Shown piece by piece: positions 16,329 to 24,294 of a DNA stretch of 26,165 nt. Origin of the DNA: a virus (Duplodnaviria; Caudoviricetes). How positions within the stretch are numbered: position 1 is the first letter of the stretch; each line of letters opens with the position of its first letter. The DNA is taken from IMG/VR virus record IMGVR_UViG_3300014202_000207, positions 1 through 26,165 of that record. One strand, given 5' to 3'. The position numbers and the translations under genes were made by a program. The notes beneath the pieces are model-generated. The model did no database searches, was not told where the DNA came from, and was given only the letters and a program-made list of their open reading frames with translations.

Positions 16329-16796
16329 ATGGATGCGAAACAATGCCGCCGCGCGTGGCTGCAGAAATTCCTCGACGAACTGGGCGGTAAGCGCAACGAG
16401 CTTGCGCGGCTGTCGGGCGTCGCAGGGCCGCAGATCACGCAGGTCCTGAACGGTGACCGCGGCATGGGCGATCAGGTCGCCAGGCGCCTCGAGACGTGGA
16501 AGAAATTGCCGCGCGGCACGCTGGATAGGCCGCCCGGCCACCACGTCACGGTGCAGCTGCAGGACATGGGCGAGATCGGCCACCTTTCGCCCGAGGAAGA
16601 GGTGCTGGTGATCGCCTGGCGCGCCCTGCCGCCGAGCATACGCGAGCACATTCACTTGCTCTGCACCGAGTACGCCGCACGACTCATCACCCTGCCCGAG
16701 CTGCGCAACGGCGACTACAAGGCGGCAGAGAAGGCCAACGCCGGCCTTGAAGCCGCGCAGCGCAAGGCGCGAAAATCGGCCAAGAAGCCAAGCTGA
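16329..16796 (+). CDS. cI: CI-like repressor (HTH, no recognisable S24 peptidase domain)
   Basis: 155 aa from ATG 16329; RNELARLSGVAGPQITQVLNGDRGMGDQVARRLE...LPRGTLD HTH; helical C-terminus LSPEEEVLVIAWRALP. Confidence 0.85.
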   Translation: MDAKQCRRAWLQKFLDELGGKRNELARLSGVAGPQITQVLNGDRGMGDQVARRLETWKKLPRGTLDRPPGHHVTVQLQDMGEIGHLSPEEEVLVIAWRALPPSIREHIHLLCTEYAARLITLPELRNGDYKAAEKANAGLEAAQRKARKSAKKPS

Positions 16797-16806
16797 GGGA
16801 ATCGAC

Positions 16807-17127
16807 ATGGCCCTGATGCCCTGCCCCGAATGCCAGCACCAGGTCTCAAGCACTGCGGCGGCCTGCCCCAGCTGCGGTGCGCCGATCGCGACGAAGGCCG
16901 AGGTGGCTGCTACCGGCGCACCGGTGCAGACCATGCAGGAGACCTCGAAGCGCTTGAAGACGCAGATCCTCGTGGCGTCGTTCCTGTTCTGGGGCGGCGC
17001 GGCGTGGTTTTTCTCGGCCGGAGCCTACGATGACTCTGGCATGTTGGCGGCTTCCGCATTGATGATGGTCGGCGGCCTCATCTACTACCTCGTGGTGAAA
17101 TTCCGCATCTGGTGGCACCACAAATGA
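16807..17127 (+). CDS. Zinc-ribbon + two-TM membrane protein
   Basis: CPEC..CPSCG at the N-terminus, two hydrophobic segments, GAGG RBS. Confidence 0.85.
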   Translation: MALMPCPECQHQVSSTAAACPSCGAPIATKAEVAATGAPVQTMQETSKRLKTQILVASFLFWGGAAWFFSAGAYDDSGMLAASALMMVGGLIYYLVVKFRIWWHHK

Positions 17128-17372
17128 CCCGCGCAATGCTCGCCCTCCTTGCCCTCGCGCTCACTGCCTGCACCACCGTATCGAACAACGACGGTCAGCA
17201 CGTCACGCTGAAGCACGACCCGGGTGCCTCGCCGGAATACATGGCCGCCATGGCCTCGAAGGTCTGCGGTCAGAACGGCAAGGCCTCGGCCAGCTACGTG
17301 GCGACGACCATGGCGAACCAGTCCGTGCCCGAGTGGCTGTCTTCTCAGCTCAGCACCTACCGCTGCGAATAG
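17124..17372 (+). CDS. Small lipoprotein
   Basis: Signal peptide with lipobox LTA-C; two further Cys (VC...YRCE); ATGA overlap. Confidence 0.8.
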   Translation: MTRAMLALLALALTACTTVSNNDGQHVTLKHDPGASPEYMAAMASKVCGQNGKASASYVATTMANQSVPEWLSSQLSTYRCE

Positions 17373-17394
17373 CCTGACATCCTGATTGCCGGCG

Positions 17395-17421
17395 GCCCGC
17401 CTTCGTGCGGGCTTCTTTTTT
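17395..17421 (+). terminator. Rho-independent terminator of the cI transcript
   Basis: GCCCGC-cttcgt-GCGGGC followed by TTCTTTTTT. Confidence 0.85.
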
Positions 17422-17429
17422 CCTGCGCC

Positions 17430-17473
17430 GGTAGCATTTCGCTATTGACACGGTAGCGCGATGCTACCACAAT
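17430..17473 (+). promoter_or_regulatory. OL/PL-like promoter with two operators
   Basis: TTGACA (17445-17450)-N17-CACAAT (17468-17473), overlapped by GGTAGC-atttc-GCTATT (17430-17446) and GGTAGC-gcgat-GCTACC (17452-17468), the same consensus as OR. Confidence 0.9.
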
Positions 17474-17518
17474 GCCTCCCACAGGCCGCCATTGAGTCGG
17501 CCAATCAGGAGGCACCCA

Positions 17519-17701
17519 ATGGCCCAGATCGACTACGAGACCACCCGCCGCCGGCAATGGCTGGCCGGTGAACCCAAGTCCTACGACGACAAGCGAGCCG
17601 CTGCGCTGGCGTTCCTCGGCGAGCGCTGGCTGCTGCACCCGGCCAATGCGCCGAAGCGCGGCCGGTATTCCTACGGCCAGCCGAAGCGGGTGCGGTCATG
17701 A
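17519..17701 (+). CDS. Small early protein
   Basis: AGGAGG RBS; MAQIDYETT...ALAFLGERWLLHPAN; first gene after PL. Confidence 0.75.
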   Translation: MAQIDYETTRRRQWLAGEPKSYDDKRAAALAFLGERWLLHPANAPKRGRYSYGQPKRVRS

Positions 17702-17877
17702 GCACCGAGCCGGAATACTTCGTGGCTCACCGCACCTACTGGTGGAACGGCGACGTGACGCTCGGGATCACGGCATGGAGCCACCCGATCGAGTACGCCT
17801 ACCAGCTGCTCGACATCATGCGCGCCGGCAACCACGAAATCGGCGTCACCGCCGACTTCTGGCTGGTGCCGGCATGA
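17698..17877 (+). CDS. Small hypothetical protein (59 aa)
   Basis: Below the ORF-track cutoff; MSTEPEYFVAHRTYWWNGDV...FWLVPA; ATGA overlaps at both ends. Confidence 0.65.
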   Translation: MSTEPEYFVAHRTYWWNGDVTLGITAWSHPIEYAYQLLDIMRAGNHEIGVTADFWLVPA

Positions 17878-18068
17878 GCGGTCAAGAGGATCTGCGCGCC
17901 GTAGCCGACGAGCTGTTCACGCTGGTTGCGGAGGAACGCGAGTGCTTCCTCGAGACCAACCGCAACTTGGACACTGGCGAAATCCCGGACGAGTGCCGGC
18001 CCTACCTTGCGCGCCTCGACGCCGCCTTGAACAGGGCGCGGGCTGTGTTTGCGCAGGTGCCGGCATGA
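17874..18068 (+). CDS. Small hypothetical protein
   Basis: MSGQEDLRAVADELF...FAQVPA; ATGA overlaps. Confidence 0.65.
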   Translation: MSGQEDLRAVADELFTLVAEERECFLETNRNLDTGEIPDECRPYLARLDAALNRARAVFAQVPA

Positions 18069-18274
18069 GCGCCGTCCTCGAGGACGTCGTCGAGCGCTCG
18101 CAGTCGACGGTCGTGCTGTCCCTGCGCAGCCTCGACCTCGACGCCCTGCTCGACGCCGCCACGCGCTACGTCCGCGACTACCACCCGATCGGCTACGGCA
18201 CGACCGTCACCCGCCCGAAATTCGACGGCGAACTGTGGGTCGTCAACATCACGAGGGCCGCCTCATGCGAGTAG
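18065..18274 (+). CDS. Small hypothetical protein
   Basis: MSAVLEDVVE...YHPIGYGT...RAASCE; ATGA overlap. Confidence 0.7.
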   Translation: MSAVLEDVVERSQSTVVLSLRSLDLDALLDAATRYVRDYHPIGYGTTVTRPKFDGELWVVNITRAASCE

Positions 18275-18314
18275 ACCGCGCCGGCCTGATGACACTTATC
18301 GAAAGGATTACGCC

Positions 18315-18740
18315 ATGAATGCACAACCGAACGTAATCGCGCTGCAGCCAACCGACGTGCTCGCGCGTCTGGTCGAAGACCTGCGCCGCGCGAAGGCGAA
18401 CGAGCAGGCCGCGAAACTCGCGCGCCTGGAGGCCGAGGAGGCGCTGCTCGCACACCCCGCTGTTGCGCGCGAGCTGAAGGACGAGGGCACCATCACCGTC
18501 GGCGACGCGGTCAAGGTCACGACGAAGCTGTCGCGCTCGTGGGATCAGGCGCAGCTTGTGGCGATTAGCAAGCAAATCGACAGCGCGTGGTTTCCTTTCA
18601 AGACCGAGTACAAGGAAGACCGAAAGGCTTCGCGAGTCGTTGAGGAACGGTTTCCGGCTCTTTGGGACGAGCTGCGCCAGGCGCTGACGCTGAAGCCGGC
18701 GAAGCCGAGCGTGTCACTGGTTGGTGGGGAGGCTGAGTGA
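18315..18740 (+). CDS. Phage protein of the Sak4 recombination module
   Basis: 141 aa; N-terminal coiled coil, DEGT...KVTTKLSRSWD...ALTLKPAKPSV; directly upstream of the Sak4-like gene. Confidence 0.7.
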   Translation: MNAQPNVIALQPTDVLARLVEDLRRAKANEQAAKLARLEAEEALLAHPAVARELKDEGTITVGDAVKVTTKLSRSWDQAQLVAISKQIDSAWFPFKTEYKEDRKASRVVEERFPALWDELRQALTLKPAKPSVSLVGGEAE

Positions 18741-19417
18741 TGGCTATAAAACTCACCAGCACCCGCGAAGCCGCGACCCTGCACGGGCTGAAGATCCTCG
18801 TGTCCGGCCTCGCCGGCGCGGGGAAGACGACGCTGTGCGCCACCACGGGCGGCAATCCGATCATCATCAGCGCCGAGGCCGGGCTGCTGAGCCTGCGTGA
18901 CGTCGACATCCCGGTGATTACGGTCGCGACCCTGGAGGACGTGCACGAAGCGTACACGTACCTGCAATCCGAAGAGGGGCAGCGGTTCGATTGGGTGTGT
19001 CTGGATTCGATTTCCGAAATCGCGGAAGTCGTGCTCACCAACGAGAAGGCGAAGACCAAGGACCCGCGGGCCGCGTATGGCGCCCTCTCAGATCAGATGA
19101 TGGATCTGCTGCGCGCCTTCCGCGACCTCCCCGGCCGCAACGTGTACATGACGGCCAAGATGGAGCGCACCAAGGACGAGGCCACGGGGCGTCTCGTCTA
19201 CGGCCCCAGCATGCCGGGACAGCGGCTGTCGCAGGCCATCCCGTACCTGTTCGACCTGGTGTTCGTGCTTCGCACGGAAGCCGACGAGAAAGGCGAGCTG
19301 CATCGCTATCTGCAAACCGCGAGCGACCTGCAATACACCGCCAAGGATCGCAGCGGGCGATGCCCGATGTACATGGAGCCGGACCTGTCGAAGGTCGCGG
19401 CGACGATTCTGCAGTAA
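18740..19417 (+). CDS. sak4: Sak4-like (AAA_24) ATPase / single-strand annealing protein
   Basis: GLAGAGKTT, SAEAGLLS, CLDSISE, PSMPG, PYLFD, AKDRSG. Confidence 0.88.
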   Translation: MAIKLTSTREAATLHGLKILVSGLAGAGKTTLCATTGGNPIIISAEAGLLSLRDVDIPVITVATLEDVHEAYTYLQSEEGQRFDWVCLDSISEIAEVVLTNEKAKTKDPRAAYGALSDQMMDLLRAFRDLPGRNVYMTAKMERTKDEATGRLVYGPSMPGQRLSQAIPYLFDLVFVLRTEADEKGELHRYLQTASDLQYTAKDRSGRCPMYMEPDLSKVAATILQ

Positions 19418-19842
19418 TGGCTCGGTGCTACGGCCACGGAATGTCGAAGACGCCGACGCACCAGCGGTGGTGGAACATGCTGCAACGATGCGAGAACCCG
19501 GCAAGCCCGCAGTGGCCGCATTACGGCGGACGCGGAATCAAGGTGTGCGAGCGGTGGAGGAGCTTCGCCGCCTTCTTCGCTGACATGGGCGAGGCGCCCG
19601 CCGGAATGTCGATCGAGCGCATCGACAACGATGGCGACTACGAGCCCGGCAATTGTCGCTGGGCCACGCAGCGGGAACAGCTGCTGAACACCCGAAGAAA
19701 CCGAATCATTGAATTCAACGGCGTATCTGCGCCGTTGTGTGAGTGGGCGCAGAAAATTGGCGTCCACCCGTCAACCCTGCATCGCAGGTTGCTTTCATGG
19801 CCTATCGAAAAGGCCCTTACCAAACTGAAACACGTGAACTAG
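19417..19842 (+). CDS. HNH-type homing endonuclease-like protein
   Basis: HGMSKTPT..W.NMLQRC..YGGRGIKVCERW.SF..F..DMG..SIERIDNDGDYEPGNCRWAT..Q..N, then a C-terminal HTH-like segment. Confidence 0.88.
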   Translation: MARCYGHGMSKTPTHQRWWNMLQRCENPASPQWPHYGGRGIKVCERWRSFAAFFADMGEAPAGMSIERIDNDGDYEPGNCRWATQREQLLNTRRNRIIEFNGVSAPLCEWAQKIGVHPSTLHRRLLSWPIEKALTKLKHVN

Positions 19843-19853
19843 GAGAAACTGAT

Positions 19854-20354
19854 ATGTGTCCCGCTTTCCCGCAAACCGCCGAAGTCGACCCGAACGACGT
19901 CCGCAGCTTCGAACTCATTCCCGCCGGCTGGTACGCCGCGCAGATGGTCGCGAGCGAGGCGAAGTCCGCGAAGTCCGGCGCCGGCGAATACCTGAACCTG
20001 GAGTTTGATCTGCTCGATGCGCCCTACGCCAACCGCAAGGTTTGGCTGATGTTGAATCTCTGGAACGCCAATCCGGAGGCCGTGCGCATCGCGAATCAGC
20101 AGCGCCTCGAACTCCTGATGGCACTGAACAAGCCGAACGCGCAGACGACCGAGGAGCTGCACGGTATCCCCGTGATGCTGAAGCTCGGGATCCGCGAGGA
20201 CAGGTCCGGCAAGTACGAGCCGCAGCAAGTCATCAAGGGCTTCAAGCCCTACGGCAGCGCGACCCCGGCGCGCGCGGCAGGTGGTTTCCCGGCCGCGGCT
20301 CCGCGCCAGGCGGCAGCGCCGGCGGCGGCAGCGAAGAAGCCCTGGGAGAAGTAA
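19854..20354 (+). CDS. DUF669-type single-stranded DNA-binding protein
   Basis: AGGAG RBS; FELIPAGWY...GEYLNLEF...RKVW..LNL; Ala/Pro tail ending KKPWEK. Confidence 0.8.
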   Translation: MCPAFPQTAEVDPNDVRSFELIPAGWYAAQMVASEAKSAKSGAGEYLNLEFDLLDAPYANRKVWLMLNLWNANPEAVRIANQQRLELLMALNKPNAQTTEELHGIPVMLKLGIREDRSGKYEPQQVIKGFKPYGSATPARAAGGFPAAAPRQAAAPAAAAKKPWEK

Positions 20355-21518
20355 ATGCCAGCCCTGCCCCTACCGGCAGATCAGACGCTCGACGCCGCGG
20401 ATCGCGCCCTGAAGGCGGTCCGCGACGCCGAACCGAAGCGCGGCTATCTCGGGTGCTCGTCCATCGGGCACGAGTGCCGCCGCGCGCTCTGGTACGCCTT
20501 TCGGTCCTGCAACGATTCCGACATCGGTGTGCGCGGCTATTGCGCGATCGAGGACGGCGAGCGTGGCGAGCGCGTCATCATCGACCGGCTGCGACGTGTG
20601 GCGGGCCTCACGCTGCACGACGTCGATCCGTCGAGCGGCCAGCAGTTCGCGGTGTCGGCAGTCGGCGGCCACCTGCGCGGGCACCTCGACGGCGCCGTGC
20701 TCGGACTCCTGCAAGCGCCTAAGACGTGGGCGGTATTCGAGGCGAAGGTGTGCAACGAGAAGAAATTCGCGCAGCTCGTGAAGCTGCGCGCGGAGGACGA
20801 GAAAACGGCCCTGCGCCGGTGGGATCCGATCTACCACGGCCAGGCGCAAGCCTACATGGGCCTGACCGGCATGACGCGCCACTGGTTGGTGTGCGCAACG
20901 CCCGGCGTGCGCGACTGGACAGCGGTCCGCACGGAGTTCGACGCCGACGAATTCGACCGGCTGATGAAGCGCGCCGAGCAAGTCATCACCGCCCCCGAGC
21001 CCCTGGAGCGCCTGAGCGACAAGCCCGAGTTCTTCACCTGCAAGTTCTGCAATGCGAAGAGCGTTTGCCACGAGAAGCGCATGCCGCGCCCGAGCTGCCG
21101 GACCTGTGTCCACGCGACGCCCGAGCTGGATGGCGACGCGCGCTGGTCGTGCGCGTTCCACCGGCGCGACCTGACTGTCGAGGCCCAGCGGGTCGGATGC
21201 GTCGATCACGTCTACATCCCGCAGCTCGTGCCGCTTGAGTTTGTGACCGGCAACGAGGCCGGCAATTACGCCGAATACCGACGCCCGAACGGCAGCGCGA
21301 TCCGCAATGGAAGCGGCGATCGCAACGTCTACACGTCTGAGGAGTTCTTTGCTGCGCAGACTGATCTCACGGTCCTCGATGACCAGACCCTGAATTGGCT
21401 GCGCTTGAACATGGGCGGACGACTCGAACGCGTGACGCCGCCGGAAGAGTTCGACGACTGGGAGCAGGTGTGCAAGGCGCTGCCGCTGGCTTCCGAGAAA
21501 GTGGAGGTCAGCGCATGA
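20355..21518 (+). CDS. Cas4-like PD-(D/E)xK exonuclease
   Basis: YLGCSSIGHECRRALWY, GHLDG, FEAK, QAQAYM, CKFCxxxxxC, plus an extra CRTC..C..C cluster. Confidence 0.85.
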   Translation: MPALPLPADQTLDAADRALKAVRDAEPKRGYLGCSSIGHECRRALWYAFRSCNDSDIGVRGYCAIEDGERGERVIIDRLRRVAGLTLHDVDPSSGQQFAVSAVGGHLRGHLDGAVLGLLQAPKTWAVFEAKVCNEKKFAQLVKLRAEDEKTALRRWDPIYHGQAQAYMGLTGMTRHWLVCATPGVRDWTAVRTEFDADEFDRLMKRAEQVITAPEPLERLSDKPEFFTCKFCNAKSVCHEKRMPRPSCRTCVHATPELDGDARWSCAFHRRDLTVEAQRVGCVDHVYIPQLVPLEFVTGNEAGNYAEYRRPNGSAIRNGSGDRNVYTSEEFFAAQTDLTVLDDQTLNWLRLNMGGRLERVTPPEEFDDWEQVCKALPLASEKVEVSA

Positions 21519-21823
21519 CCGACCTCGACGATGTCTTCCGCCAATTCGACGAGTTGCGCACGCATGGCGGGCGCGGCCGACGAGGCAAGCCCTTCGACGA
21601 GCAGGAAGCGTTCCGCCGCGCGGTGAGCGACTACGCCGCGCTGCGAGTCGCTGAGGAGGTCGAGGCGATTGCGCAACTGAAGCAGGAGCTGCTGCTGGCC
21701 CGCAAGCTGTCCACGCACACGCGGGACGGTGTGACCGCCACGGCCGAGGAATGGGCCAGTGTCGCGCACCTGCTGCGGGAAGAGGTGCGGCGGTTGAAGG
21801 CTGCGCTGGAGGAGGTGGCGTGA
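21515..21823 (+). CDS. Hypothetical protein
   Basis: GGAGG RBS, ATGA overlap, helical. Confidence 0.65.
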   Translation: MTDLDDVFRQFDELRTHGGRGRRGKPFDEQEAFRRAVSDYAALRVAEEVEAIAQLKQELLLARKLSTHTRDGVTATAEEWASVAHLLREEVRRLKAALEEVA

Positions 21824-22374
21824 TGCGCGTGCTTGTTGCCTGCGAGTTCAGCGGGACGGTGCGCGATGCGTTTACCGCGCGGGGCAATCACGCAGTGTCG
21901 TGTGACCTGCTGCCAAGTGAGACGCCAGGCGAACACGTTCAGGGTGACGTGCGGGACATTCTGAACCATGGATGGGACTTGATGATTGCCCATCCTCCCT
22001 GCACCCACTTAGCCGTTAGCGGCGCGCGCTGGTTCAAGGAAAAGCGACAAGAGCAGGCCGAGGCGCTGGATTTTGTGCGGACCCTCATGAGTGCGTCAAT
22101 CCCGCGAATCTGCATCGAGAACCCGATAAGCGTGATTTCGACCCGCATACGAAAGCCGGACCAGATTATCCAGCCGTGGCAATTCGGGCATGGCGAAACA
22201 AAGGCAACCTGCCTGTGGCTTAAGGAACTGCCGCCGCTTGTGCCGACGCAGATGGTCGAGGGGCGCGAGGCCAAGGTACACCGAATGCCGCCAGGGCCTG
22301 ACAGGTGGAAAGAGCGCAGCCGTACCTACGCAGGGATTGCGCGGGCCATGGCGGAACAGTGGGGCGCGTTGTGA
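21823..22374 (+). CDS. Short orphan DNA cytosine-5 methyltransferase
   Basis: VLVACEFSG (motif I variant), DLMIAHPPC (motif IV), IENP (motif VI), QPWQFGH..TKATCLW. Confidence 0.85.
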   Translation: MRVLVACEFSGTVRDAFTARGNHAVSCDLLPSETPGEHVQGDVRDILNHGWDLMIAHPPCTHLAVSGARWFKEKRQEQAEALDFVRTLMSASIPRICIENPISVISTRIRKPDQIIQPWQFGHGETKATCLWLKELPPLVPTQMVEGREAKVHRMPPGPDRWKERSRTYAGIARAMAEQWGAL

Positions 22375-22568
22375 TGGGCTGGTGGCTGTTACTCGCGTGG
22401 CTGGATGGCGGCGTGCCGACCTCGACCATGGTCTACACCGGGCTCGATGAGCAGCGGTGTTTGACCGTGGTGCAGGAGCACCTGGAGGCGCAGCAGGCGC
22501 GGCCGGATCGATATATCGAGGCGATATACGTTGGATGCGTCCCCGGTGGCGCGCCGAGGAGGATGTGA
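22374..22568 (+). CDS. Small hypothetical protein
   Basis: MGWWLLLAWL...C...GCVP; TGATG overlaps. Confidence 0.55.
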   Translation: MGWWLLLAWLDGGVPTSTMVYTGLDEQRCLTVVQEHLEAQQARPDRYIEAIYVGCVPGGAPRRM

Positions 22569-22951
22569 TGGACGACGACCAGATGGACCCGGAATGCGTG
22601 CTGCTACTCAACATGGAGCGAGCTTTTCGCGGGCCGGAGTACGCGAACGCGCAAACGAAAGACTGGCGGACGCACATGAGCCGCGTGCTGCAATGTGTTC
22701 GCGAGAACGACCCGTTGGTCGCCGGCCTGCGCTGGAATATCGAAGCGCTCGACCGGGCGTGCCGAATGGCGCTTGAAGCGTTAACGCTGGTCACTGACGC
22801 AGGCGAGGACGAAGCGGAGAAGTGGTCGGTCAGCGGAGGCGCATACGAGGGCGTGAAATGCGTTGCGGCCATCAATGCAATCCGTGCGGCTATCCCAATG
22901 CCGCACGAAGAACTGGCGGACGGCTGGTGCGTGCCGGAGGTGAAGGAATGA
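22568..22951 (+). CDS. Hypothetical protein
   Basis: GAGGAGG RBS, coupled to neighbours. Confidence 0.6.
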   Translation: MDDDQMDPECVLLLNMERAFRGPEYANAQTKDWRTHMSRVLQCVRENDPLVAGLRWNIEALDRACRMALEALTLVTDAGEDEAEKWSVSGGAYEGVKCVAAINAIRAAIPMPHEELADGWCVPEVKE

Positions 22952-23145
22952 GCGACGACGGGCAAGTTGCCTATATGCCCACGCCGTCTGGCGACCTTGA
23001 GCACCAGATATGCAGCGCATGTGTTCCGAAGAATGAGCGCGAATGGTGGGCGCATTACGAGATCAAAAAGCTGCGGGCTGCGCTGGAAATAGCCTGCGCA
23101 GCACTGGCTGAATGCGAACGCGCAGTAGAGGAAGGTGAGCCATGA
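22948..23145 (+). CDS. Small hypothetical protein
   Basis: GGAGGTG RBS; ATGA overlaps; ends EEGEP. Confidence 0.6.
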   Translation: MSDDGQVAYMPTPSGDLEHQICSACVPKNEREWWAHYEIKKLRAALEIACAALAECERAVEEGEP

Positions 23146-23528
23146 ACCCCGACCACGCCGACCACGACACGAACGACATGCCGCGCGCAGTAGAACACGC
23201 CCTGCGCGCACACAACGCCATGGACGACGAGCTATGCCGCACCGTGGCTGGTGAGGTGTGGCAGGACATGCAGCAGGCTTACGACGACATCTATGGCATG
23301 TGGCAGGAAGAGTTGAGGGTGACGAGGGAATTGGAGCGCGAGCGGGATGAGATGCGGGCTGCCTACGAGCACAACGCCCTAGCCGCGATGGGGTTCCGGG
23401 ACGAACTCGCGCGGGTGAAGCAGGAGCGCGAACGATTTAGAGCGGCGTTGGAAAAAATCACCAGCGACCCATATGACTTCCGAGATTTTTGCGGCATCGC
23501 CCGCAACGCATTGGAGGGTAAGCCGTGA
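23142..23528 (+). CDS. Coiled-coil accessory protein (array member, ends ALEGKP)
   Basis: 128 aa; ...ERERFRAALEKI...IARNALEGKP. Confidence 0.7.
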   Translation: MNPDHADHDTNDMPRAVEHALRAHNAMDDELCRTVAGEVWQDMQQAYDDIYGMWQEELRVTRELERERDEMRAAYEHNALAAMGFRDELARVKQERERFRAALEKITSDPYDFRDFCGIARNALEGKP

Positions 23529-23998
23529 GCGACACATTGCTTTGTGCGTGCGGAGATTTTCTGACGATTGAGGCTGTATGTGTCAATTGCCACGTGGCTG
23601 AGTTGGCTGCTAAGGACGCTTCGATTGAGACATGGAAGTCCCGCAGCGATCGGTGCGACCAGCAAGCGAATATGTGGGAGCAGCGCGCGCTGGAAGCAGG
23701 AGCCCGCGCAGAAAAAGCCGAGGCCGAACTTGCCGACGCGCATAGCGAAATCGAACGCCTGCGCGCCGAACTCAAGACCAACAGCGACGATTACCACGAC
23801 GAAGTGAACCGGCTTGCGACCATGACGACCCGCGCCATTGAGGGAATGAACGAACTGGAAGCCGAACTCGCCGAGGCGCGGCGGGAGCGGGACAGGCTGC
23901 GGGAGGCGCTGGAAAAAATCGCATCAAGCAACGGCACCAGCACTGGCGCGATTATGTTGGCAGAAATAGCCCGCGACGCGCTGGAGGGTAAGCCGTGA
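23525..23998 (+). CDS. Coiled-coil accessory protein with N-terminal Cys cluster (ends ALEGKP)
   Basis: 157 aa; CACG..CVNC; ELAEARRERDRLREALEKI...IARDALEGKP. Confidence 0.7.
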   Translation: MSDTLLCACGDFLTIEAVCVNCHVAELAAKDASIETWKSRSDRCDQQANMWEQRALEAGARAEKAEAELADAHSEIERLRAELKTNSDDYHDEVNRLATMTTRAIEGMNELEAELAEARRERDRLREALEKIASSNGTSTGAIMLAEIARDALEGKP

Positions 23999-24294
23999 CT
24001 GACGTGCGACCAATGACCGAGTTGGAAGTGCAGATGTTCGAGCAAATAACGTCCCTTCTGGCCGAACTCGCCGAGGCGCGACAAAGTGAGCGCGAAGGGT
24101 GGCGCTATTCCGCTGAGTTGGAGTGCGAGCGCAAGCGACTGGAGGCCGAACTCGCCGAGGCGCGGCGGGAGCGGGACAGGCTGCGGGAGGCGATTGAGCG
24201 GGCACCGCACACGCTCATGTGCGAGGCTCTTGGCGGTGACGATGATGACCCGTGCTGCTGCTGGAAGCGCACCGCACTGGAGGGCAAGCCGTGA
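23995..24294 (+). CDS. Coiled-coil accessory protein (ends ALEGKP)
   Basis: 99 aa; ELAEARRERDRLREA..H..C..CCC..ALEGKP. Confidence 0.7.
   Translation: MTDVRPMTELEVQMFEQITSLLAELAEARQSEREGWRYSAELECERKRLEAELAEARRERDRLREAIERAPHTLMCEALGGDDDDPCCCWKRTALEGKP

Noticed and set aside
17473-17514. Hairpin TGCCTCC...GGAGGCA sequestering the RBS of the first PL gene
   Set aside because: The 5' arm lies between the -10 box and the expected start site, so it is probably not in the PL transcript; only the inner GGCCG/CGGCC stem would remain.
20355-21518. Cas4-like gene as evidence of a CRISPR-Cas system
   Set aside because: No repeat-spacer array or other cas genes; it sits in a standard Sak4-SSB-exonuclease module.
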